Assembly (NCBI RefSeq): GCF_003334405.1
Contig: NZ_QOWM01000005.1
Source: Escherichia coli
GTDB lineage: Bacteria; Pseudomonadota; Gammaproteobacteria; Enterobacterales; Enterobacteriaceae
DNA: 64,000 bases
Strand: one strand, 5' to 3'
The stretch's first letter is position 1, and every line of letters starts with the position of its first letter. Of this stretch, positions 23,900-33,603 are shown piece by piece. The position numbers and the translations under genes are program-made. The notes under the pieces are model-generated. The model had not been told where the DNA came from and made no database searches. It saw only the letters and a program-made list of their open reading frames with translations.

Positions 23900-24852
23900 A
23901 AATTGCGCTGGTTATTTTCATCACCCTTGCCCTGGCGGGCTGTGCGCTGTTATCACTCCATATGGGAGTGATCCCCGTGCCGTGGCGCGCGCTGCTGACC
24001 GACTGGCAGGCCGGACGCGAGCATTATTATGTATTGATGGAGTACCGACTGCCGCGCTTGCTGCTGGCACTGTTTGTCGGTGCAGCCCTCGCCGTGGCGG
24101 GCGTGCTGATACAGGGGATTGTGCGCAACCCTCTGGCATCACCGGATATTCTCGGCGTTAACCATGCCGCCAGCCTGGCCTCTGTGGGGGCTCTACTTCT
24201 TATGCCGTCACTGCCCGTGATGGTGCTGCCGCTGCTGGCCTTTGCGGGCGGCATGGCGGGGTTGATATTGCTGAAGATGCTGGCAAAGACCCACCAGCCG
24301 ATGAAGCTGGCGCTCACCGGCGTGGCGCTTTCTGCATGCTGGGCCAGCCTGACGGATTATCTGATGCTCTCGCGCCCGCAGGATGTGAACAACGCCCTGC
24401 TGTGGCTGACCGGCAGCTTATGGGGCCGTGACTGGAGCTTTGTGAAGATTGCCATCCCGCTGATGATTTTATTTCTGCCGCTGAGCCTGAGTTTTTGCCG
24501 CGATCTCGACCTCCTTGCACTCGGCGATGCGCGCGCCACCACGCTCGGTGTGTCGGTGCCCCATACCCGATTCTGGGCTTTGTTACTAGCTGTCGCCATG
24601 ACATCTACCGGCGTGGCCGCCTGCGGCCCGATTAGCTTTATTGGTCTCGTGGTGCCGCATATGATGCGTAGCATCACCGGTGGACGTCACCGCAGACTGC
24701 TGCCTGTTTCAGCCCTGACAGGTGCGTTGCTGTTGGTGGTTGCCGATCTGCTGGCGAGAATTATTCATCCCCCACTGGAGCTCCCGGTTGGCGTGCTGAC
24801 CGCCATTATCGGTGCGCCGTGGTTTGTCTGGTTGCTTGTGAGAATGCGATAA
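23896..24852 (+). CDS. fecD: Ferric citrate ABC transporter permease FecD
   Basis: ATG at 23896 (MKIALVIFITLALAGCALLS...) overlapping the fecC stop; the ORF-track 488-aa version is an over-extension. Confidence 0.9.
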   Translation: MKIALVIFITLALAGCALLSLHMGVIPVPWRALLTDWQAGREHYYVLMEYRLPRLLLALFVGAALAVAGVLIQGIVRNPLASPDILGVNHAASLASVGALLLMPSLPVMVLPLLAFAGGMAGLILLKMLAKTHQPMKLALTGVALSACWASLTDYLMLSRPQDVNNALLWLTGSLWGRDWSFVKIAIPLMILFLPLSLSFCRDLDLLALGDARATTLGVSVPHTRFWALLLAVAMTSTGVAACGPISFIGLVVPHMMRSITGGRHRRLLPVSALTGALLLVVADLLARIIHPPLELPVGVLTAIIGAPWFVWLLVRMR

Positions 24853-25620
24853 ATGACTTTACGAACTGAAAATCTGACGGTCAGTTACGGGACAGACAAG
24901 GTACTTAACGACGTTTCACTCTCACTGCCAACGGGGAAGATCACCGCCCTGATCGGTCCTAACGGTTGCGGGAAATCGACGCTGTTAAACTGTTTTTCGC
25001 GGCTTTTAATGCCGCAGTCTGGCACCGTATTTCTCGGCGATAATCCCATAAATATGCTCTCATCGCGCCAGTTGGCCCGCAGGCTTTCGCTGCTGCCTCA
25101 GCACCATTTAACGCCAGAGGGGATCACAGTCCAAGAGCTGGTTTCGTATGGTCGTAATCCCTGGCTGTCACTCTGGGGGCGTCTCTCCGCTGAAGACAAT
25201 GCACGAGTTAATGTCGCCATGAACCAGACCCGGATCAATCATCTTGCCGGTCGTCGGTTAACCGAGCTTTCCGGCGGTCAGCGCCAGCGCGTATTTCTGG
25301 CGATGGTCCTGGCCCAGAATACGCCCGTTGTATTACTTGATGAGCCAACCACCTATCTTGATATCAATCACCAGGTGGACCTGATGCGGTTGATGGGCGA
25401 ACTCCGGACTCAGGGGAAAACGGTGGTCGCTGTGCTGCACGACCTTAATCAGGCTAGCCGGTACTGCGATCAACTGGTGGTAATGGCAAACGGACATGTT
25501 ATGGCGCAAGGCACACCAGAAGAGGTGATGACCCCAGGATTGCTGAGAACAGTATTCAGCGTGGAAGCGGAAATACACCCCGAGCCGGTATCTGGCAGGC
25601 CGATGTGCCTAATGAGGTAG
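24853..25620 (+). CDS. fecE: Ferric citrate ABC transporter ATP-binding protein FecE
   Basis: 255-aa ORF with Walker A GPNGCGKST, LSGGQRQR signature and Walker B VLLLDEP. Confidence 0.9.
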   Translation: MTLRTENLTVSYGTDKVLNDVSLSLPTGKITALIGPNGCGKSTLLNCFSRLLMPQSGTVFLGDNPINMLSSRQLARRLSLLPQHHLTPEGITVQELVSYGRNPWLSLWGRLSAEDNARVNVAMNQTRINHLAGRRLTELSGGQRQRVFLAMVLAQNTPVVLLDEPTTYLDINHQVDLMRLMGELRTQGKTVVAVLHDLNQASRYCDQLVVMANGHVMAQGTPEEVMTPGLLRTVFSVEAEIHPEPVSGRPMCLMR

Positions 25621-26177
25621 ATTGCACAGGCCGTAAGAACCAAACCACGACTGAATGAAACTGGACTGGCGCCAGCAAGCCTGTTCAGACTGGGGCTGAA
25701 CTTTTCCGGACTCTGAAAGATTACCAATACTCATCGTCCATCCGCTTGCTTTAGGCTGACAGGTTCATAATCAACGCAAACCAGAGCTGTACAGGCTTGG
25801 GCGCGGCTTTCAAACCAGTCGTGATCACGGCAATCAATTTTGAACTCTGCTTAACGGACATTTCTGTATAACCCTTACGGCAACGAAAAACGCGAAGTTA
25901 AAATTTTAGAAACCCAAAAACGTGACATGACTAAGTTTAGATTTCAGGGGGGGAGATCAAAAAATTTCGCTCTGTGCCAGAGCGGACATTCACGGAGCTG
26001 GTTCATTACCAATGAGGTTGGGCTTTTGAGGATAAATCAATGATCAGACGCCAACGTAAATCAAAAGCAACCCTGGAACGGAATTGCTAATCCAGTTTCT
26101 GACCATCGATTTTTCTAAAAAGTGTGCGTTTGCTACTACTTAGGTAGGTGCAGCTTTCTTAATCACCGGCAGCCACG

Positions 26178-26519
26178 TTATACAGGCCAGTTGATGGATC
26201 GATTGTTATCAATGATATCTTCATGAGTCGGTGTCTCACCCAGCTTACCGAAGCTGGCATAAAGTGAAGGCAGACGGGCCCGTCCTTCTCCCTTTTTCGC
26301 CAGAGGGAAAGCGCGAAGCATGGTGGCAGCCTCCCAGTCACAACAATAGGATGGTGTGCACGGCTGCTGACGCCATGATTCAGCGATAGAGCCGGAAAAT
26401 ACGGGGTCAAAGCCGGTATCATTAACCAGAGTCATCGTGACCTGTACTGCGGCTGGATGATCTCCTGCTACTGCAACTGCTAGGCGACCGCGGCTCCCTT
26501 CAGGTAGTGAAGTGGTCAA
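26178..26519 (-). pseudogene. Possible C-terminal fragment of a dinucleotide-binding oxidoreductase-like gene
   Basis: 113-aa ORF isolated between the fec and dnd modules with no obvious N-terminal domain; assignment is a weak guess. Confidence 0.25.
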
Positions 26520-26837
26520 CTTAAACTGGCCACCGATTTAGAGTTTTTCCAGTAGCGGTGTTCCGATTCGTTTGGGGGCAACCCGCCGTTATTGTCATGC
26601 GGTCTTAGCGAGCTGTAATACCCGATGATATAGTCTGTGATCGCATGAGCAGCTTCGCTAAAGCTTATGCGTTAGCGCTCTACAGAAGTACAGAGCATGT
26701 CTGCACGGTTGCTCTGGGTTATAGAGCAAAATTGCGGGTATATTGAAAGGTGGTACGCAATTTATTACGTGAAAAAGCTGTAATTTCTAGCCAGTGTTAC
26801 GTAAAATATAACGTAACAAAATTCACCTTATGCTTTT

Positions 26838-27935
26838 ATGGATTACAGCATGGCTAGTGTTGATGCAGATTACTGCTACTCGTTTCCGGCTATACGTGGC
26901 ATTCAGGCTGGTCGCCCTTTCTATATCGCCACATGCCCGATGCGTATCATCCCGAAAATATTCAGTTTTGATGAAAATGATGTGCCACCGGAATTACGCG
27001 CACAGCGCACGCTAAATAAATCGCGCATTCCCGAGATGGTACGTTATTTGTTGGAAAACCCTAAAGATTATGTGTTTTCAGCTCTGACGGCTTCCATTGC
27101 CGTAGACGTTCAATTTGATGAGTTTCCAGGTTCTAACAATCTGGGGACGTTGTGCGTACCAATGGATGCGCAAATTCTAATCAATGATGGACAACATCGC
27201 CGTAAAGCGATTGAAGACGCTTTAGACGCTCGTCCGGAGCTGGGCCAGGATAATATCCCGGTGTTGTTCTTTGTCGATGAAGGCTTAAAGCGTAGCCAGC
27301 AGATGTTCGCCGATCTGAATAAATACGCCATTCGCCCCAGCCCATCGCTGGCGTCGCTATACGATCATCGCGATGCCTGTTCGAATCTGGCGCGTTATCT
27401 GGCAATGTCAGTAGAGCCGTTTGTTGGGATGACGGAACTGGAAAAATCTGGCATTAGCCAGAGGTCGAATAAGCTATTTACGTTGAGCAGCATCAAGCAG
27501 GCTACCCGCGCATTGTTGGGCAAAGATCCCAAAGAGGATAACTTTGAGGAATGCACCCACATTGCTACCCAATATTGGCAGGCTATTTTTAGTGTAATGC
27601 CTGATTGGCAATTAGCGGCTAAAAAGGAAGTTTCACCGGTTCAATTGCGACAAGATTATGTTCACGCTCATGGCATTGGATTGCAGGCACTTGGGCAACT
27701 AGGATATACCCTGCTGACGGATTATCCTGAGCAATGGCCGGAGAAAATCGCTGCACTCAAAACATTTAACTGGCGTAGAAACAATCCGGACCTCATCAAG
27801 CGAGCGATGCAGCATGGGAAGTTGAGTAAAACCAGTACCGCGATCCAGTTAACCTGCAATGCGCTAAAAACCGCACTCTCAATTCCCCTCACTCCTGAAG
27901 AACAGGAGCTTGAAGCTCAAATGGTTGTCTCATGA
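26838..27935 (+). CDS. dndB: DNA phosphorothioation regulator DndB (DGQHR domain)
   Basis: 365-aa ORF containing the DGQHR motif (INDGQHRRKAI); first gene of a dndBCDE-ordered cluster. Confidence 0.85.
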   Translation: MDYSMASVDADYCYSFPAIRGIQAGRPFYIATCPMRIIPKIFSFDENDVPPELRAQRTLNKSRIPEMVRYLLENPKDYVFSALTASIAVDVQFDEFPGSNNLGTLCVPMDAQILINDGQHRRKAIEDALDARPELGQDNIPVLFFVDEGLKRSQQMFADLNKYAIRPSPSLASLYDHRDACSNLARYLAMSVEPFVGMTELEKSGISQRSNKLFTLSSIKQATRALLGKDPKEDNFEECTHIATQYWQAIFSVMPDWQLAAKKEVSPVQLRQDYVHAHGIGLQALGQLGYTLLTDYPEQWPEKIAALKTFNWRRNNPDLIKRAMQHGKLSKTSTAIQLTCNALKTALSIPLTPEEQELEAQMVVS

Positions 27936-29554
27936 GTAAATTAGTTCAGGCCTATGATTTGGCCGAATACGAAGATTTTATTAATCAGGAACAGTTCGCC
28001 GGACGTCCTCTGGCCGAATATGTTGCTGAGGTTCAACGAATTTATTGTGCGGATAAACGTCCGTGGGTGATTGGCTACAGCGGTGGGAAAGATTCTTCCG
28101 CTGTGATCACGCTGGTGTATCTGGCCTTGCTCGGCCTGCCCCCGGAAATGCGCAGCAAAGATATTTTTGTGGTGTCGTCCGATACGCTGGTCGAAACACC
28201 GGTAGTCGTGGATCTGATTAAGAAAACGATGTTGCAGATTGAGGCGGGAGCGAAGCGTAACGGCTTGCCGATCACTCAACACGCGGTAACGCCTAAAACG
28301 AATGAAACCTTCTGGGTCAATTTGCTGGGGAAAGGTTATCCGGCTCCAACTCGTAGTTTCCGTTGGTGCACTGAGCGCATGAAAATCAACCCGGTGAGTG
28401 ACTTTATTAAAGATAAGGTCAGCCAGTTTGATGAAGTCATCGTCGTACTTGGTTCGCGCAGTAGTGAAAGTGCTTCTCGTGCGCAGGTGATCGCAAAGCA
28501 CAAGATTGATGGATCACGCCTTGCCCGGCATACCACGCTGGCAAATGCATTCATCTATACCCCCATTGATACCTGGGATGTAGAAGATGTCTGGAAGCTG
28601 CTGCGGGGCGCGTTCCGCTATGCCCCTGAAGATATCGACGAGTGGGAAAGCCCGTGGGGTGGAAACAACCGTCCACTGTGGACGTTGTATATGGATTCTT
28701 CCGCACAGGGTGAATGTCCTCTGGTAATTGATGATAGTACCCCTTCCTGCGGCAACTCGCGTTTTGGCTGTTGGACCTGTACCGTTGTCACTAAAGATAA
28801 GGCGATGGAAAGCCTGATCAAAAACGGTGAAGAATGGATGTCTCCGTTGCTGAAATATCGTGATCTGCTGGCATTTACCACCGATCCGGTGAATAAAGAC
28901 ACGTTTCGAAACTATAAGCGCCGTACTGGTAAGGTGAGCTATCAGTACGCTAAAGAAAGTGATGAGCCGGGGGCTGAGCGTAAGCATGTTCCAGGTCCTT
29001 ACTGGCTAAAATACCGTCAGCAATGGCTCAAAGAATTGCTGGAGATAGAGCGCGATTTGAATGCTCAAGGCCATACCATTACGTTAATTACCAAACCAGA
29101 GCTGCATGCGATTCGTCAGGAGTGGTTGAAAGATCCTAATGAACCAGACTGGTATGACACGCTGCCGGGTATTTACCGTGAAGTGTATCAACAGGATTTA
29201 GACTGGGTGGTGGACGATCAGTCGCGCTTTGATGCCAGCGATGCAGATCTGTTGGTGCAGATAGCGCAGGGATTTGACGTTGTGCCTGAAATGGTGATGA
29301 AACTCATCGAGCTGGAAGTTTCAATGGAAGGCTTAAGCCGTCGTCAGGGCATTTTTGACAAACTTGGCACGATTTTAAAGCAGGACTGGGGCACTCTCGA
29401 AGAAATTGAACAACAACAGGTCACTCTGCAAAAACGAGTTGAACGAGATATTCATCAGGAAGAACTTACAAAGCTGGAAACTGAACTTCAGGTTTTACAG
29501 CGCAGAATTGTTGATGCCAGTGAATCCTCGTTACTGATTGGGGAGGAGAAATAA
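27932..29554 (+). CDS. dndC: DNA phosphorothioation protein DndC (PAPS reductase-like PP-loop ATP pyrophosphatase)
   Basis: 540-aa ORF with PP-loop SGGKDS (IGYSGGKDSSAV) and conserved Cys cluster; overlaps the dndB stop. Confidence 0.85.
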   Translation: MSKLVQAYDLAEYEDFINQEQFAGRPLAEYVAEVQRIYCADKRPWVIGYSGGKDSSAVITLVYLALLGLPPEMRSKDIFVVSSDTLVETPVVVDLIKKTMLQIEAGAKRNGLPITQHAVTPKTNETFWVNLLGKGYPAPTRSFRWCTERMKINPVSDFIKDKVSQFDEVIVVLGSRSSESASRAQVIAKHKIDGSRLARHTTLANAFIYTPIDTWDVEDVWKLLRGAFRYAPEDIDEWESPWGGNNRPLWTLYMDSSAQGECPLVIDDSTPSCGNSRFGCWTCTVVTKDKAMESLIKNGEEWMSPLLKYRDLLAFTTDPVNKDTFRNYKRRTGKVSYQYAKESDEPGAERKHVPGPYWLKYRQQWLKELLEIERDLNAQGHTITLITKPELHAIRQEWLKDPNEPDWYDTLPGIYREVYQQDLDWVVDDQSRFDASDADLLVQIAQGFDVVPEMVMKLIELEVSMEGLSRRQGIFDKLGTILKQDWGTLEEIEQQQVTLQKRVERDIHQEELTKLETELQVLQRRIVDASESSLLIGEEK

Positions 29555-29555
29555 C

Positions 29556-31556
29556 GTGCTCATTAAACAGCTGGTATTACATAATTTTCGGGTATTTAAC
29601 GGTACACATACCATTGATCTGGCACCCAGAAAGCGTCCGCACGATTTGAATCCACGACCTATTGTGCTGTTTGGTGGTTTAAACGGCGCAGGGAAAACGT
29701 CTATCCTGTCGGCGATCCGCATAGCGTTGTATGGACGACTGGCGTTTGGGCTAGCGACTCAACAGCAAGAGTATATCGAACAACTCAGTGCATTGATTCA
29801 TAACGGCGCGTACTATATTGAGCAGCCGGAAGAAGCATCTGTAGAACTGACGTTTACCTATAATAAAGGCGGTCATGAGGCCGAATTTACCGTTACGCGA
29901 ACCTGGAAAAAGGGGAAGAGGGACCGCCTTTCTCTGCAACAGGATGGGCAGCCACTCAGTGAGCTGGATTACGATCAGTGCCAGGGATTTCTAAATGAGT
30001 TAATTCCGCATGGCATTGCTGATTTGTTCTTTTTCGATGGCGAGAAAATTGCAGAACTTGCTGAGGACGAATCCGGTAATATTTTACGTACTGCCGTACG
30101 ACGCTTATTGGGGCTGGATCTCATCTCTAAACTGCGTAACGATTTAATGATTTTTGTTAAGCGTCAGCAATCCAGCCAGCTAGCAAGTTCTCAGCAACAA
30201 CAGATTGCAGAGCTTGAAAAACAGAGTAAAGAATTAGCCTGCCAGACAGAAGCACTGCTGGAAAGCGCCGATTTTGCCAAATCGCGGATTGAGTTTCTAT
30301 CTAAAGATATAACCCATTATGAAGGCTTGCTAAATGCTCAGGGGGGCGCTTTTGCCCAGACTAAAGCGCAGGAAAAACAGAAAGTCGAAACGCTGCTAAA
30401 AGATAAAGAACATCTGGAAAAAGCACTGAGACAAGAATGCGATGGCTCGCTACCTTATGCGCTTGCGCCCACTATTTTGTCTCATTTGCTGCAACAAATT
30501 GCTGATGAAACGCAAATTAAACAGGCAAAAAGCTTTGAAAAAGAGCTGAGCCAGTTTTTAACGCAACTCAGAAATGATATTGCATTTCGTTCTGCGGGGA
30601 CTGGCAAAATAGCAGCTGAAGCGATTACCGATAATCTAAAAGATTATATGGCAACGAAACCAAAAGGTGATTTGCTCTTTGATATCTCTGAGCGTGAAGC
30701 AGGTATGCTTCAACAGTCTATTGAGATAGATAGTAAAAGAGCATGGCAGCGTTTCGAGCTTTATCGCACACAGTTATCTGAGATTGAACAACAGTTAGAA
30801 CAAGCGGCTGCTAATATTGCCCGCGCTCCTGAAGATGAGCAGCTGATGGATCTCTTTGAAAAATTACGTGACCTGGATAGGCAGCGCGAAGCCCAATTGC
30901 AGAAATATCGGTCATTGCTAGAAGATGCTAAACGTAAAAAACAGCAGCAACTGGATTGTGTTCGTCAGATTCAAAAAGCGCATGACGCCGCTCGTTATCA
31001 GCACAGTTATAGCAGTGCGTTTAAGAATGCTCAGGAAACGATAAATTTACTCGATCGCTACAGCGATGTATTAACCCAGGCTCGGGTAAAAACGCTGTCG
31101 ACAAACTTCGAGCTTGCTTACCGTAAGTTGGCTCGCAAAGAGGATTTACAACTTAGTGCGCATATCAACCCTCAAACGTTTGATGTTGAATTAATTGATG
31201 AGAATGGCTCAGTAATTAACCGTAAGTTACTTTCTGCTGGTGAAAAACAGATTTATGCAATTGCTATTCTTGAGGCGCTGGCGAAAACCTCTGGCCGTGA
31301 TTTACCAGTGATCATTGATACACCATTGGGTCGTCTGGACTCTCAACATCGAGATAAATTGATTAATCACTACTTCCCTGAAGCCAGTCATCAGGTTGTG
31401 TTGCTTTCTACCGATACTGAAGTAGATGAACGTTATTTTGTTGATCAGTTGCGTGATGATATCTCTCATGCTTATGAGATTGTGTTTAATGCACATACTA
31501 AGTCATCAACGCTGAAGCCTGGTTATTTCTGGGAATTAACTAAGGAGGCTATCTGA
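29556..31556 (+). CDS. dndD: DNA phosphorothioation SMC-like ATPase DndD
   Basis: Walker A GGLNGAGKTS, long central coiled-coil, C-terminal signature/Walker B region; likely start GTG 29556 after GGAGGAG, whereas the ORF track uses TTG 29538. Confidence 0.85.
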   Translation: MLIKQLVLHNFRVFNGTHTIDLAPRKRPHDLNPRPIVLFGGLNGAGKTSILSAIRIALYGRLAFGLATQQQEYIEQLSALIHNGAYYIEQPEEASVELTFTYNKGGHEAEFTVTRTWKKGKRDRLSLQQDGQPLSELDYDQCQGFLNELIPHGIADLFFFDGEKIAELAEDESGNILRTAVRRLLGLDLISKLRNDLMIFVKRQQSSQLASSQQQQIAELEKQSKELACQTEALLESADFAKSRIEFLSKDITHYEGLLNAQGGAFAQTKAQEKQKVETLLKDKEHLEKALRQECDGSLPYALAPTILSHLLQQIADETQIKQAKSFEKELSQFLTQLRNDIAFRSAGTGKIAAEAITDNLKDYMATKPKGDLLFDISEREAGMLQQSIEIDSKRAWQRFELYRTQLSEIEQQLEQAAANIARAPEDEQLMDLFEKLRDLDRQREAQLQKYRSLLEDAKRKKQQQLDCVRQIQKAHDAARYQHSYSSAFKNAQETINLLDRYSDVLTQARVKTLSTNFELAYRKLARKEDLQLSAHINPQTFDVELIDENGSVINRKLLSAGEKQIYAIAILEALAKTSGRDLPVIIDTPLGRLDSQHRDKLINHYFPEASHQVVLLSTDTEVDERYFVDQLRDDISHAYEIVFNAHTKSSTLKPGYFWELTKEAI

Positions 31557-31909
31557 TGCTCCCGAATCGAATGGCGCTTAGCCGTCAGACTGAAGATCAG
31601 CTTAAAAAGCTTAAAGGGTATACTGGGATTACACCCAATATTGCTGCCCGGCTAGCATTTTTCCGCTCGGTGGAGAGTGAGTTTCGCTATTCACCTGAAC
31701 GAGATAGTAAGAAGCTGGATGGTACGCTGGTGCTGGATAAAATTACGTGGCTGGGGGAGACACTACAAGCTACAGAATTGGTGCTGAAGATGCTTTATCC
31801 ACAATTAGAGCAAAAGGCGTTGATTAAGGCATGGGCTGCTCATGTTGAGGATGGGATTGCGGCATTGAGAAATCATAAAAGTTTAATTAGCTTATTAAAT
31901 GCTATATAA
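31556..31909 (+). CDS. dndE: DNA phosphorothioation protein DndE
   Basis: 117-aa ORF overlapping the dndD stop; size and position fit DndE. Confidence 0.8.
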   Translation: MLPNRMALSRQTEDQLKKLKGYTGITPNIAARLAFFRSVESEFRYSPERDSKKLDGTLVLDKITWLGETLQATELVLKMLYPQLEQKALIKAWAAHVEDGIAALRNHKSLISLLNAI

Positions 31910-31950
31910 AACATTTAAATTTATTGGTATGACCTTTTGTTTTCAACCTA

Positions 31951-31986
31951 AAACCACCTCCTAGGGAGGTGGTGATTGAGTTTTAT
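31951..31986. terminator. Bidirectional stem-loop terminator between convergent dndE and the ATPase gene
   Basis: Perfect palindrome CCACCTCC-CTAGG-GAGGTGG at 31954-31973 with an A-rich tract upstream and TTTT downstream. Confidence 0.5.
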
Positions 31987-31991
31987 AATTG

Positions 31992-33155
31992 TCATATTGC
32001 TAATTTTAAAATTAATTCACCGGCATCAGGCGAATGTATCAGCGTAGCTAAATGTGAACCACACTTGCAAGAATTGAAGTTGCTGTCCACTTTAAATTTA
32101 AAGCGTCCGTTAGCAACCTCAGCATATCGGTAATTTTCATTCTCACTTTTCTCTTTTAGTTCGATCCTGAATTCATTATTGATATTTTCTAAGCAATATA
32201 AGAATTTTTCTATCTCATATTCGTTAGTTTCAATCCAAAGAGCAATTGCAAAACCCTTTAAGGTAGATAAATGCTTATCCGATAAGATTTTAGACAGCTC
32301 AATGAAAAAATCATGATGATCACAAGTCATAGCATCGAACTCGCCCTCAAGATAATCGGCATCCACGCCTAATTTTGCAGCATAAGCCTGAATGTTATTT
32401 TTTATACACTCTATAACTTCTGCTTCTGGTGGTAAATTATTTTCTGAGGGTAGGAAAACATTTTTAATACAATCTGAATTTATTCCTCTGCTTTTAACTT
32501 GATCGGCATCGTAAACAGATACTATGTTCAGGCCAGAGCTATCTTTATAATGCTCAGATACTTTTTGTATATTAGATTCACCTTGTAGATTATGTAAGTA
32601 ACATGTAGAGTAAAGATGTGTGTTTTTTATTTTTAAGATATATTCAAGTACAAGTTTTGCAAAGTCATCCTCTATCAGGAAAATATTTTTCCTTTCAGGA
32701 GCTAAACCCAGTGCATTGAAATATCTATAATTATATCCACAATTTGATATGGTATATTTTTTGCCTTTTTTAGCTAAGACTAATACTGAGTTTAAGCCTT
32801 GAGGGCTGAGTATGTGTTCAGAGTGAGTAGCCATCAAAACATTTAATTTTTTAGTATCGATTGTGTAGGCTAAAAAATCCATGAAATTTTTCTGGCTTAC
32901 CGGGCAAATAAAACTCTCTGGCTCTTCAATGAAGAGGATTGAATTTTTTTCCGTATAAATAAGTTTCCAGATTGCTATAAGTAACTTATGTTCTCCTTGC
33001 CCCATACTCTCTGACGTATAAACTATATTACTGTTAACCTCTTTAACCTCAAAGTATGGGAAAGTTAAATCATCAATAATTCCTTCTACCTCATTAACTT
33101 TTACATACTCATATTTCTTGCCTGTGATTTTCTGAACAAAAAAAAAGATTTTCAT
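31992..33155 (-). CDS. ABC/OLD-like ATPase, C-terminal part (Walker B, H-loop and TOPRIM-like region); separated from its N-terminal part by a frameshift
   Basis: 387-aa ORF with LFIEEPESF (Walker B-like), MATHSEHIL, and a TOPRIM-like IFLIEDDF ... YDAD; begins with ATG directly abutting the T9 tract. Confidence 0.6.
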   Translation of the reverse strand: MKIFFFVQKITGKKYEYVKVNEVEGIIDDLTFPYFEVKEVNSNIVYTSESMGQGEHKLLIAIWKLIYTEKNSILFIEEPESFICPVSQKNFMDFLAYTIDTKKLNVLMATHSEHILSPQGLNSVLVLAKKGKKYTISNCGYNYRYFNALGLAPERKNIFLIEDDFAKLVLEYILKIKNTHLYSTCYLHNLQGESNIQKVSEHYKDSSGLNIVSVYDADQVKSRGINSDCIKNVFLPSENNLPPEAEVIECIKNNIQAYAAKLGVDADYLEGEFDAMTCDHHDFFIELSKILSDKHLSTLKGFAIALWIETNEYEIEKFLYCLENINNEFRIELKEKSENENYRYAEVANGRFKFKVDSNFNSCKCGSHLATLIHSPDAGELILKLAI

Positions 33156-33603
33156 TTAGCAAATGATAAGAATTTGATGTATTGAACCATCCATTTTTGT
33201 TTGGCGATGTGTTTATTTCGTTTATGATTTTTAATGCCATTGATGAAGCATCAAAATATTCAACATTTCTTAGTCCATCACCCAAAGACGAAGTGAAAGT
33301 TTGTTTCTCTCCATTAATTATTATATCAATGGAGATATTATCAATATCAGAAGAGCTAAAAATCCCAACATTACATATATCTTTCGACAGTATACCATAG
33401 ATAAGTTTCAATAACGACGTTTTACCAATGCCATTTCTTCCACATATAGAGGTTAAAGCTGAGTTTATCGTAATATCAGCATCTTCAAAGAGTGGTACAT
33501 TCTTAATGGATAAACTACATATTTTAATATTAAACTTTTTCCTGTTTGCCACATGATTCCAATAATCAGCTAATTTTGCCATTTTAATTGTTTCTATTGA
33601 CAT
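33109..33603 (-). CDS. ABC/OLD-like ATPase, N-terminal part (Walker A)
   Basis: 164-aa ORF with Walker A GRNGIGKTS; it reads through the T9 tract and terminates 12 codons later. Removing one T joins it in frame to the 387-aa ORF. Confidence 0.6.
   Translation of the reverse strand: MSIETIKMAKLADYWNHVANRKKFNIKICSLSIKNVPLFEDADITINSALTSICGRNGIGKTSLLKLIYGILSKDICNVGIFSSSDIDNISIDIIINGEKQTFTSSLGDGLRNVEYFDASSMALKIINEINTSPNKNGWFNTSNSYHLLNENLFFCSENHRQEI
33138..33146 (-). repeat. T9 homopolymer (A9 on the plus strand) at the junction of the two ATPase ORFs
   Basis: Nine consecutive A at 33138-33146 on the plus strand; on the coding strand ATC TTT TTT TTT GTT. Confidence 0.8.

Noticed and set aside
23386-24852. 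488-aa ORF suggesting a much longer FecD
   Set aside because: The upstream 170 codons are an out-of-context Ala/Arg-rich read-through overlapping fecC in another frame; the real start is ATG 23896 with signal-like N-terminus MKIALVIF...
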